From contig OZ218959.1 in NCBI GenBank assembly GCA_965112735.1, positions 3,100,001 to 3,164,000 of the forward strand: a stretch of 64,000 nucleotides of DNA. Direction: 5' to 3'. This document shows, piece after piece, positions 25,529 through 35,929 of this stretch. This DNA comes from Phaeosaccion multiseriatum (Eukaryota; Protista; Ochrophyta, other classes). Below the pieces are notes generated by a model that had not been told where the DNA came from, searched no databases, and saw nothing but the letters and a program-made list of their open reading frames with translations. The translations under genes were made by a program, and so were the position numbers. Each line of letters starts with the position of its first letter. The stretch's first letter is position 1.

Positions 25529-28500
25529 TCAGGCAAACAGCTCCGTCTTCCAATCCTCCCACAGTGCTTGAGGAGAGGCGACCACCGTCCTTGCGGCAAG
25601 TAGGTTCAGCGAGCGAGGCAGGATGGGGGAGATGGCAGTAAATGCCCTGTTCAACGTACCCAGAACCACCTCGTTACGGCCTTTCAGTGTGGCATCCGTC
25701 GCCTCCTATTATGTCCATAACAAAGGTGTCACGTCGAAAGGGCAGGATGAGAAGGAGGGAGCATGATGAAAGAACGAATTGGATGCTGACATGACAGAGG
25801 GCGCGCGGATGGATAGAACGCAGGTAGGTAGGTAGGTAGGTGGGGACGGAGGTAGGTAGGTAGGTAGGTAGGTGGGGAGGGAGGGAGGGAGGTGGGTATG
25901 TAGGGAGGTGAGTAGGTAGGTAGGTAGGTAGGTAGGTAGGTAGGAAGGAAGTAGGTACGTAGGTAGGTAGGAAGGTAAGTAGGTACGTAGGTAGGTAGGT
26001 AGGTAGGTAGGTAGGTAGGTGGGGACGGAGGGAGGGAGGTGGGTATGTAGGGAGGTGAGTAGGTAGGTAGGTAGGTAGGTAGGTAGGTAGGTAGGTAGGT
26101 AGGTAGGTAGGCAGGTAGGTAGGTAGGTAGGTAGGTAGGTAGGTAGGTAGGTAGGCAGGTAGGTAGGTAGGTAGGTGGGGACGGAGGGAGGGAGGTGGGT
26201 ATGTAGGGAGGTGAGTAGGTAGGGTGGCAGATAGGTAGGTAGGTAGGTAGGTAGGTAGGTAGGTGGGTAGGTAGGTAGGTAGGTAGGTAGGTAGGTAGGT
26301 AGGTAGGTAGGTAGGTAGGTAGGTAGGTAGGTAGGTAGGTAGGTAGGTAGGTAGGTAGGTAGGTAGGTGGGTAGGTGGGGACGGAGGGAGGGAGGTGGGT
26401 ATGTAGGGAGGTGAGTAGGTAGGTAGGCAGGTAGGTAGGTAGGTGCATAGCTTAGCGGACAAGCGAGGCAGCGAGGCACTCATCAGAGGTGAGAGTACAG
26501 ACCTTGGCGACCGCTGCCACATCCGTTGCGTGTGCCAGGGGAAGCATATGCACTAACGCGCCCGGCCTGCCCTCAACAGAGTCGAAGATGTTCGTCTCTG
26601 GGGGGCGCACAGCGGACAAGGCGGGGAGGAACGGGGGTTGAGTGCGCAGCAGAGAAAGGTGAGTGAGCACAGGTGAGCACAGGCTGGTTGGCGGCGACGG
26701 AGGGGGGCAGCGAGGCAGTCACTACGCCAGACGGAGGCTCAGGGAAGGAGTGGGACGGATGGATGGATTGTGTGCCGAGCGAAGGGAGAGAAGGACGTCC
26801 CACATCAGCGAATGCCCTCCCTCGACTTCTAAGAGGAAGGCCGTAGACTTGCTAAGCCTCCCGCGGCTCGAGCCTCCAGAGTTGGGGGAAGGGCTTTCAT
26901 TCTCTTACTCATTCACTCACTCACTCACTCACTCACTCACCCACTCATTCGCTCACCCACTTATCCACTGACTCCCTCACTCACTCATTCACTCACTCAC
27001 TCACTCACCCACTCATTCATTCACTCACTCATTCATTCACTCACCCACTCACTCACTCACTCATTCACTCACTCACTCATTCACTCACCCCCTCACTCAT
27101 TCACTCCCTCCCCCACTCACTGACTCCCTCCCTCACTCACCGACTCCCTCCCTCACTCCCTCACTCCCTCACTCACTCCCTCACTCACTCACTCACTCAC
27201 TGACTCCCTCACTCACTCACTCACTCACTCACTCACTCACTGACTCCCTCACTCACTCACTCACTCACTCACTCACTCACTCACTCACTCACTCAAACAC
27301 TTCACACACTTCACTCACTTTCTCACTCACACACTTCACACACTTCACTCACTTTCTGACTCACTCAGTCGCTCCCTCCCTCCCTCCCTCACTCACTCAG
27401 TCACTCACTCACGCCCTCCCTCACTCACTCACTCAGTCAGTCAGTCACTCACCTACTCACTCTCTCACACACTTCACTCACTCCTTCACTCCCTCACTCA
27501 CTCACCTACTGAGCCAGGCTTGATCAGTGTGACCCCAACTCCCTTGGGCGTCAACTCGTACGTCAACGCTCGGGTGAAGCTGTCCAGGAAGGCCTGCAGG
27601 GGAGGGGAGGGGAAGGCGGTGTCATGAATGGGGACAAAGGGGTGAGCAGCAGCTGCAAGTGGACAAAGGAAATTGAACGGGGCTTTGAGTCTCTACACTC
27701 TTCGCGAAGCTTGGTGAAGTTCAAATTATGCTTTCGCAAGAAAAGCGACAATCAGAGGCGCGGTTAGAGGCAGGAGAGAAAATAGTATCGTAACACCAAC
27801 ACAATGGAGATTGGACTGGGCTGCCACGCGGGCAAAGGACAACACACAAGGCACAAAAGCCCAAAGCCCAAAGCCCGCACCTTTCCTGCTGCGTAGGTGG
27901 ATATGTAAGGCCCCCCTACCACCGAGCCGTACACAGAGGACACCATCATCACCCTCCCCCTGCCCCGGGCCACCATTTGAGGGGCGAGAAGGTGGGTCAG
28001 GTGCATCGCAGCCTCGACATTCAGTGAAAGGATTGTGCGTGCTGCAGAGAGGCAGCGTGTAGGGGGGGTGGGGGGGGGGGTGGGGTTTTGGGGTGGGGTT
28101 TTGGGGTGGGGTTTTGGGGTGGGGTTTTGGGGTGGGGTTTTGGGGTGGGGGGGGGGTAAGGGGGGCCCTTCCTGTGTGCCCAGCACGACATGCCGTGGGC
28201 CGAAAGCGCACCCCCAAAAGACCGTACCTGTACCTTTTCTTCCATCTCTCTGAGTGGCCCCCCTCTCTCTATCTTGCTGTCGCTGCCTACTTGCCCTCTC
28301 TCTCTCCCTCTCGTTTCTCTCGCTTCTCTCCTTCTCTCCCTCTCTCCCTCCCTCCCTCCCTCGTCTCTCTCCCTCCCTCCACCGCCCAGCCCCCCCCCCC
28401 CGACGAAACACAAGACGAAGCACAGCCTCATCTTAAGCAAGACAGAAGCACACGCACATGTTTCCCACGCTGCGTCGAGGAAGTTCTGCTGCATGACAAT

Positions 28501-29410
28501 TCCTGCGTTGTTGACCAGCATGTCAATGCCGTTGACGATGCCCTCCTCTCGCAGCCTCTCCACCGACTGCGCCACTCCCTCCACCCCTCCTTGCTGTACC
28601 AGGTCTGCCGGAATGACGTTCACCTGCCACAGATGAGTACAGTTAGTCAGTTAGTCAGTCCGTCAGTCTGTCATTCAGAGTCAGTCTGCGAGGACCCGTG
28701 AGTCGGTTCGTGAGTCCATCAGTTAGCCTGTCACTTCGTCAGTTGAACGGTCAGTCAGCGGAGGCCGTCAATCAGTCAGTCAGTCCGTCGGCCCGTCAGC
28801 CAGCCTGTCACTCAGTCATCCCTCAGCAGGTCAATCACACAGGGATGCGCTACAACAGGACAGGACGTACGCTCTTGTCGTCTCCCCGCCTTCAGTTGCG
28901 ACTCACCTGCACCCCATGGTCAGCCTTGAGCTGCACAGCCAGAGCCTCCAACACCTCCTTCCGACGCGCGACGAGGACTAGGTCGAAGCCACGACTCGCG
29001 AGGTCCCGGGCAATGGCCTCGCCTATACCTGAGGGCAACGCATGGGTGTGACTGGGTGTGTGTGTGGCACCACCACCGCCACCACTCTGTCCTCCCGCTC
29101 ACCCATCATGGCCTCTAGTCCCAACGCACGTACCACTGGAGGCTCCGGTGACGAGCGCAGCGAAGCGGGGAGTCGGCTGCAGGAGCGGCAAGGATACCTG
29201 GCCACTCCTCCTGTAGGCGTCGAGTAGAGCGCTGAGCAGAACCGAGAGCACGAGCAGCCCGGGGTATAGGCGGGTCCTCCACCTTGATGGGGAGAAAGCG
29301 ACCACCACGATGGTGAGGATGGCGGGATTGAGCTCCTGCGAGAGGAAAGGGAAGGACAACAGCCAGGCAGCCCCTGCAACCACAAGACTCTTGGCCGCCA
29401 ACGACTTCAT
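25529..29410 (-). CDS. Short-chain dehydrogenase/reductase with hydrophobic N-terminus (~361 aa); exons 29410-29134, 29028-28907, 28623-28458, 28041-27881, 27593-27506, 26597-26503, 25705-25529
   Basis: [23 protein letters not shown], catalytic YAAGK, PGSVET; all junctions GT-AG and in phase. Confidence 0.88.
25820..26445. repeat. (GGTA)n tetranucleotide array with higher-order inserts, last SDR intron
   Basis: Directly visible. Confidence 0.95.
26910..27505. repeat. (CACT)n array, read as (GTGA)n from the SDR donor site
   Basis: Directly visible; abuts the donor at 27505. Confidence 0.95.
28062..28156 (+). repeat. G-run repeat (GGGGTGGGGTTTT)x5 with flanking poly-G in an SDR intron
   Basis: Directly visible 13-bp unit. 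Confidence 0.9.
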
Positions 29411-29624
29411 CCTCCGTCCTTCTGCTCCGAGTGGCCCCAAGTTCGCAGCCTTCTCTCTGGCTCAAGGATAGGAGAGCCCGCGGCAGCTGCTCTTGTGACG
29501 GGGCTGCGGGCCCCGAGGCGGATAGGGCTCTAATCGCTCGCCCTTCTCCAGCTCCTCCGTCTCTCGCTTTTTTTCTTTACTATTATCCCCGCTTCCCACC
29601 AGATCAACAACAAGAAGAAGAGCA

Positions 29625-31529
29625 ATGGAGGGAACCACGGAGAAGGGGGACTTGGCGAAGGGAAGCTTGACTGAGGAGGCACGCGAGGATGGGGCTGCGA
29701 GAGCCGCTTTGAGAGTCGTGGCAAGCCTTGTCCATAGTAAGGCTCTGTGGGGAGTGTGCAGGGAGGTCGATGAGGAAACCTCCCGCACTTTGGTGATGAA
29801 CGGCGCCATGCCTGAGTGTATACAGGTTCGCATGCTGAGTATGCTCAGACAACAGAAAGAATGTGAAGGCGCGGGTGCTCCTGCTGCTACGACCATGGCG
29901 AGAAGGCCCGCCATGAAGGGAGCTGGAAGGTCGGGAAGGATCCGGCCGGAGCAGCAAGAGCAGCCCGGTGAAGTTGTACAAGTGGGAGGGTCTTTCCGTG
30001 TGGCGGCTGTGGAGCTTGGCCTCCGACACGAAGGAGACTCAAGAGACGAGGGCACGGTATCTGCAGACGAGGCTCTGGTAACGAAGGTGCTGGCGCTGTT
30101 GCCAGCATCGGTCAAGCGTGTGGGCTTCTCCGAGTATTTCGATCAAGCCGACGTGTCTCTGCCTGGCACTGTTGAAGAAGTTTGTTTCGGAAGGGCTTTC
30201 AACAAGAGCATCTTGCTGCCTGCCTCGCTAAAGAAGATGAGATTCGACCGCCCGGAATGCTCTGAGTTCAATCAGCACGTGGTCCTTCCTTACGGTGTGG
30301 AGGAGGTGCAGATGGGGGGGGGCTTTAACCTCCCTCTGGACCTCCCTGCCTCGCTGAAGAAGATTACATTTGGATGGAGATTCAATCAGCACGTGGTCCT
30401 GCCTGCCTCGCTAAAGAAAATCAAGTTTGACAGCAGGTTCAATCAGCACGTGGTCCTTCCCTGTGGTGTGGAGGAAGTGGACATGGGGGGGGGGGGGGAG
30501 GGAATCGCGGGGGACTTTAACCTCCCTCTGGACGTCCCTGCCTCTGTGAGGATCATTAGATTTGGCCAGAGATTCAATCAGCACGTGTTCCTTCCTGACG
30601 GTGTGGAGGAGGTGGCGATGGGGAGTTGCTTTAACCTCCCTCTGGACGTCCCTGCCTCTGTGAGGAAGATTAGATTTGGCGAGAGCTTCAATCAGCACGT
30701 GTTCCTTCCTGACGGTGTGGAGGAGGTGGCGATGGGGCGTTGCTTTAACCTCCCTCTGGACCTACCTGCCGGCCTGAAGAGAATCAGATTTGGCGAGAGC
30801 TTCAATCAGCAGGTGGTCCTTCCTCACGGTGTGGAGGAGGTGGATATGGGGGGTAACTTTAACTTCCCCCTGGACCTACCTGCCGGCCTGATGAGAATCA
30901 GATTTGGCGGGAGGTTCAATCAGCAGGTGGTCCTTCCCTATGGTGTGGAGGAGGTGGTGATGGGTTGTAATTTTAACCTCCCCCTGGATCTCCCTGCCTC
31001 GCTCAAGAAGATTTATTTCGGCGCGGCGTTCAATCAGCACGTGGTCCTTCCCTATGGTGTGGAGGAGGTGGTGATGGGTTGTGACTTTTACCTCCCTCTC
31101 GACCTCCCTGCCTCGCTCGAGTCCATTCGATTTGGTTATCACTTCAATCAGCACGTGGTCCTTCCTCGTGGTGTTGAGGAGGTGGTGATGGGTTGTGGCT
31201 TTGACCTCCCTCTCGACCTCCCTGTCTCGCTCAAGAAGCTCAAGTTTGCTGGGTCCTCCAGGTTCAACCATCCCGTGGTCCTGCCTCGTGGTGTGGAGGA
31301 GGTGGTGATGGGGCTTCCCTTTAACCACCCTTTGGGGGACCTGCCCGACTCTATTGTGACTCTCGAGTTGGGGAAGAAGTACACCTGCCCCTTGGAGAAT
31401 CTGCCTGCTGGCCTGAGGAGGCTGAAGGTGGGAAGGGACTACCCTCTACCTGCTCATCTCCCCAAGGCGCTGAAGGTGGTCTTTTGGAACCTTGGTGGAT
31501 ATTTGTGTACTACTACTACCACCAAGTAA
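29625..31529 (+). CDS. FNIP-like (LRR-type) tandem repeat protein, intronless, 634 aa
   Basis: About 20 repeats of the form FNQ/FNL-x-LP-x-L/V-x-F/MG, alternating FNQHVVLPxGVEEVxMG and FNLPLDLPASLKKIxFG. Confidence 0.85.
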   Translation: MEGTTEKGDLAKGSLTEEAREDGAARAALRVVASLVHSKALWGVCREVDEETSRTLVMNGAMPECIQVRMLSMLRQQKECEGAGAPAATTMARRPAMKGAGRSGRIRPEQQEQPGEVVQVGGSFRVAAVELGLRHEGDSRDEGTVSADEALVTKVLALLPASVKRVGFSEYFDQADVSLPGTVEEVCFGRAFNKSILLPASLKKMRFDRPECSEFNQHVVLPYGVEEVQMGGGFNLPLDLPASLKKITFGWRFNQHVVLPASLKKIKFDSRFNQHVVLPCGVEEVDMGGGGEGIAGDFNLPLDVPASVRIIRFGQRFNQHVFLPDGVEEVAMGSCFNLPLDVPASVRKIRFGESFNQHVFLPDGVEEVAMGRCFNLPLDLPAGLKRIRFGESFNQQVVLPHGVEEVDMGGNFNFPLDLPAGLMRIRFGGRFNQQVVLPYGVEEVVMGCNFNLPLDLPASLKKIYFGAAFNQHVVLPYGVEEVVMGCDFYLPLDLPASLESIRFGYHFNQHVVLPRGVEEVVMGCGFDLPLDLPVSLKKLKFAGSSRFNHPVVLPRGVEEVVMGLPFNHPLGDLPDSIVTLELGKKYTCPLENLPAGLRRLKVGRDYPLPAHLPKALKVVFWNLGGYLCTTTTTK

Positions 31530-32102
31530 AGAGTCGTGTTGCTCTTTTCACACATTGGAGACGACTAGATGCAAAGAGAAGGTGAGTGTTTGGTGGCAGA
31601 GCCAGCACTGTCCTCATCGAAACTCGGTATGTGAAAAGGTGGTGTGCGTGGTGGAGTTGAGTGGTGTCAGCGGCTGATTGCCTGTACATCTCTGGGGTAA
31701 AGCAGGCAAGGGTACGGGGCAGTCCTCTCGATCCTCTCCACTTGCACAGTCGGTAGGCCTCCTTTGTTGTTTGGATTGTGTTGTCTCTCTCTGTCTCACG
31801 TCCTCTCCTCCTTGGCTTTTTGGCGGCTCTGCATCCACGTGCTTTTCTCCTCTCTACCATCAGATGGGGAGTACTACACTTGTAGCACAGCCACAGCAGC
31901 ACTGGGCAACAAGGAAGGCGTCGACCCTGTGAAGGAGGGGCAATGGGGCTGGCAGCAGGGAGCTAGCTCACTCATCCCCAACTCCGCAATCTTTCGGTCG
32001 CCTGTCGCTGGTCTGTGGGTCGCCCCCCCTCGGTACCACACGCTGTGGTGCCCGCGTCGCGCGACGTGTGGACCCGGGCGGGTGCTGAGGGTGGAGGATG
32101 GC

Positions 32103-32328
32103 AGCAGCGTGGCGGCCTGCTCCTGTGAGAGCATCAGTGAGTGGTGAGCACATTGTAGAGGAGTGAGTGAGTGAGTGAACTGTAGTTGAGGAGTGGGAGG
32201 GGGGGCAGGGGGTGAGTGTGAGCAGCATGGCGGCCTGCTCCTGTGAGTGCATCAGTGAGTGGTGAGCACATTGTAGAGGAGTGAGTGAGTGAGTGAACTG
32301 TAGTTGAGGAGTGGGAGGGGGGGCAGGG
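32103..32328. repeat. Near-identical tandem duplication with 118-bp period
   Basis: 32103-32209 vs 32221-32328. Confidence 0.9.
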
Positions 32329-32403
32329 CGGTGCGTCTCTATGCACGTGGACTACTCTGCGCAGTGGTTTTCAAGCACCTAAAATTTCATCTCTCCGCTG
32401 TCA

Positions 32404-32498
32404 GGGTTTGTAGCTCAGGGGTAGAGTGTGCCGTTCGCATGTGTACCTGGTACATACGAAGCACGTCAATGTCAAGGGTTCAAATCCCTTCAAATCCA
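32404..32498 (+). tRNA. tRNA-Ala(CGC) with 23-nt intron (32440-32462)
   Basis: Acceptor GGGTTTG/CAAATCC with G3:U70 Ala identity pair and A73; D-arm GCTC-AGGGGTA-GAGT; anticodon CGC at 32436-32438; intron after position 37; T-arm AAGGG-TTCAAAT-CCCTT; T-runs downstream; one C:T mismatch in the anticodon stem. Confidence 0.75.
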
Positions 32499-32552
32499 AC
32501 TCGAATTTTAGTTTGTTCGCCCTTTTTTTCCCCTTACGTAGTGCTTACGTAG

Positions 32553-32583
<31 letters not shown>

Positions 32584-32725
32584 CAGCTGTTTTTTTTGTT
32601 CCCTTCCCCCATCAGGCCCCACCGGCCGATACCCTTCAAAGGTGCTCACACCTGGGGCCCACGCCCCCCCTCCTCCTCACCATGACACTCTCATCTCTCT
32701 CTCTCTCTCACACACACACACACTC

Positions 32726-33084
32726 GGCCCCATGCACGCCTAGCGGTTTTGGCCGCTAGGCCGCTCTAGGCCGCTCACTTTTCAGCCCTAGGCGGCCTAT
32801 AGCCCGCCTCTAGGCAGCCTCCCAGTGACCGTGGGCGCGTGCGTGGTGCCGCCCAGCCAGTGGGTAGCAGCACACCTGTAGGCCTGCACTCGTTTGCTTA
32901 AAACTGACGACACTTGGGCGGGTTCCGGGCCAGCCCAGGGGCATATGAGCATATTCCCGCCCTGGACCTGCGCCTAGTTGGCGTCTGCCCTAGGCCGCGG
33001 GCCTCCGGCCCTCGCTAGGCCGGGCAATTTTCCAATAGGCCTACAACTGTAGGCCACTGTAGGCCGTTAGGCGTGCACGGGGCC
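32726..33084. mobile_element. Putative MITE (359 bp) with 21-bp terminal inverted repeats
   Basis: GGCCCCATGCACGCCTAGCGG (32726-32746) vs CCGTTAGGCGTGCACGGGGCC (33064-33084), 19/21 match; many internal TAGGC/GCCTA motifs; no ORF in the supplied track; no clear TSD. Confidence 0.65.
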
Positions 33085-33391
33085 CATCTGTGACTCTGGC
33101 TGGACGACGACCTCGCGCAGATGGCTGGTGCTGCATTCGTGGTGCCTTTAAATTTCTAGGGCCACACCTCCTTTCAATATAAAGGTAGTCTGTTCATTGC
33201 AAACGGCAAGCCCTTGCTGCTCCCGCCCTCGACATGTTGTCGTGCTCTCCAGGTTTAGTTCCCTGAGCGATGAAAGCCCCAGAGCCAACGCCCCCCCAAC
33301 TAAAAGGACCTTCCATGTTGCTTTCTCTTCTGCGCCCCTCGCATTGTCTGCAGGCCAGCCCGGACCTTCGCACGAGCGACGGGGGCTTATT

Positions 33392-34150
33392 ATGTTTCTC
33401 TCTCCCTCATCAGCACTGCTATTGCTGCTCCTGGCCACGTCTTTGGTAAATTCCTTCCAAGTCAAACCGGGGTTCTCCCCACCACGCCGGGAAAGGACGG
33501 CACGAGGTTCCGCGGCTCTGGCAACCGTGGATGCCATCTTCCAATCCTCACCGTACACGGCAGCGGCCATAGCGTGCGGCGTCAAGGCGAGTGCAGCGGA
33601 CTTTGTGGCTCAGAAGGGGCAGCTGCGGAAACGAGACAAGACATGCACAGAGCCAGCAAAGCGGATAGACTTGAAACGAAACTTTGCGTTTCTGGTGTAT
33701 GGAAGCGTGTACCAAGGCATCGCGCAAGAGTTCATTTATAACCACGTGTATCCCAGCGTCTTTGGAGCCCGCACCACGGTTTCCATCGTCCTGGCCAAGG
33801 TTGCCTTTGACATGTTTGTCCAGACGGTGTTTATGACCTTGCCCATCGCCTACGTGACCAAGGCCATGATTTATAGATACAAGCTCCGAGAAGCGCTCCG
33901 GAGATACCGGGATGACATTCTCAACCACGGGCTCTTGCGAAAGTATTGGTCCTTGTGGTTCCCGGTGCAGTGCCTCACCTTCGGAGTGGTACCGCAGCAT
34001 TACCGGGTGACGTTCATCGCGTTTGTTTCCTTCTTTTGGCTCATCGTCCTGAGCTCGATTACATCCAGGGGAGCGCTGCCAGCCGCCGCTGTGAAAGGGA
34101 ACGAGGAATGCGAGCTGGCGGATGGGCTGACCTGCAGCATCGATGGGTAG
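33392..34150 (+). CDS. Mpv17/PMP22-family membrane protein, probably plastid-targeted, intronless
   Basis: AADFVAQ, KVAFDMFV, WSLWFPVQCLTFGVVPQHYRVTFIAFVSFFWLIVLS; first ATG at 33392 gives a signal peptide ending NS-F; TATAAA at 33178. Confidence 0.85.
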   Translation: MFLSPSSALLLLLLATSLVNSFQVKPGFSPPRRERTARGSAALATVDAIFQSSPYTAAAIACGVKASAADFVAQKGQLRKRDKTCTEPAKRIDLKRNFAFLVYGSVYQGIAQEFIYNHVYPSVFGARTTVSIVLAKVAFDMFVQTVFMTLPIAYVTKAMIYRYKLREALRRYRDDILNHGLLRKYWSLWFPVQCLTFGVVPQHYRVTFIAFVSFFWLIVLSSITSRGALPAAAVKGNEECELADGLTCSIDG

Positions 34151-35929
34151 ATAGATTCGTATTGTCTGTTTCTTGGGTGATAGACATAATTACATATAGT
34201 GATACAAACATTGTTGTTGCAAGTCCACTCTCTTGATTCAAACAATTAAATAAAGGAGGAAGAGAGGGGCACTATGTATTATTTCAAATAAAATGAAAAA
34301 TAATAAAAAATGGGTCGCTCGTTGGCCCGCAGCACAAAAAGGCCATGATGGCGGTGCTCTTCCCTTCCCCTCCGTGTGCCTTTCCCCGGGGCCTTGTGTG
34401 CTCCTGCATCATCGTGCCGGGGTTGGGAGGGTCCACTCTAATCCACTCCACTCCACTCCACTCCCGCCGGGGACCACCACAGTCTGACCACAGCGGCAGC
34501 GGCAGCAGCGGCACCTTCCTCCCACGCCTTCTCCTCGCTCACCTGCTGCTGAATCTGACCAGTCGTCTACCCCCGTCGGAAGGAGAGGAGCGAATACTCT
34601 CCTTCTGGCTGCACCGTGAGACCTCCCTCCGGCGAGAGGGCAGGGCACAATGGAAGCCCAGGCCCCAGCGTACCACTTCGCACAGTCACCCAATTGGTGC
34701 CGGAGCGCCTCTTGATGTGCTGTACTGCACCGCCCGCAAGCACATGTTGATGCACAGCCGCTGCCCGCAGGCAAGCCTCCATGCAAGTGTGTGGTGAGTA
34801 CGATGGTGTGTGCAGCGCTTGGCAGCGGCCACAGGAAGCCGCGGGCGAGAGAATCGACACCTGAGGCGCCAGCCGCCCCCATCCTTGCCCCCCACCCCTC
34901 TCCCTGTGCCCCCTCCGCTTCGCTTCCCCCGCCCTTTGCGTGGGCTCCATGGCCATGAGCGTGTCGTGAAAAACTGCGCATGTCTCGGCCACCACTTCCA
35001 TCTCCTTTTTGGTCTTCACTTCCATCTCCTTTGTGATCTTGTCACAAGCAAGCGCACACCCATTTCGTCGCTGCCCGCGACGCCAAGGAATATATGTGGG
35101 ACCCCTCGCTCGCGCATTTCGCTGTCTCCGAACGGCACCGAAGATGGCTCCAAGCGGCATCTGCTTGCCTCCCCCCCGCCCCCCCTCCTGCTCCTGCTCC
35201 TGCTCTCGCTGTGCGCGCTGGTCCTCTCCACCCCCCCCCCCCCGCAGCCGCCAACGAGAGAAGCTCTACGCCACGAAGGCAGTGAGGGCGGCGCTCTTTC
35301 TCTCCGCGTGCATGCAGCAAAGGGCCCTCCATGCCTGCCCCGGCCTTATTACCCTACGGTATGATGGACATAAGCGCCGTCTCCTCTCCTTGGAGGATAC
35401 CCACCAGCGCCGGCCAGCCAAGGAAAGTGCCGGGGTTGGCTCCACACACCCAGTAGCAGCTCCAAAGTCCTCATATCCACAAGCAGGAAGCCTCCCTCTC
35501 TCGTGCAGCTCCGGCGGGCAGGGAGGCCCAAGTGCCCTTCCTTGCTGCACGGCATGACGAAGCCCGAGGTGTCCACAGTGTCCTGGACCGATCGGTAAAT
35601 CGCCTCCTCGATGGGACACCACCTCCTCCGTCCTCCACAGTGACACCTCCTGCTCGCCCTTCTCCTGCGCCTTCGATTGCATCTACTGCCATCTGCTACA
35701 TCAGCTGCCACTTGTCCGAGCCCAGTTCCCCCCCCCCCCTTTGCCGTCTCCGTGGCCACCCCCCTTGCCATGTTGGTGCCCGGAATGTTGTCATTTGTTG
35801 TGTGGACGACGCGCCCAGCACCAAACCGCCCACTCGCATGAGGCGGCACAAAGTTTCCACACCAAGAGCCGAGTGGAGACAAACTCCTCAGTCCTCGCAG
35901 TCGCAGTCGCAGGGGTGGCCGTTGGCGTG

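Noticed and set aside
25674-26522. PTYL-repeat proteins
   Set aside because: Translations of the intronic (GGTA)n array
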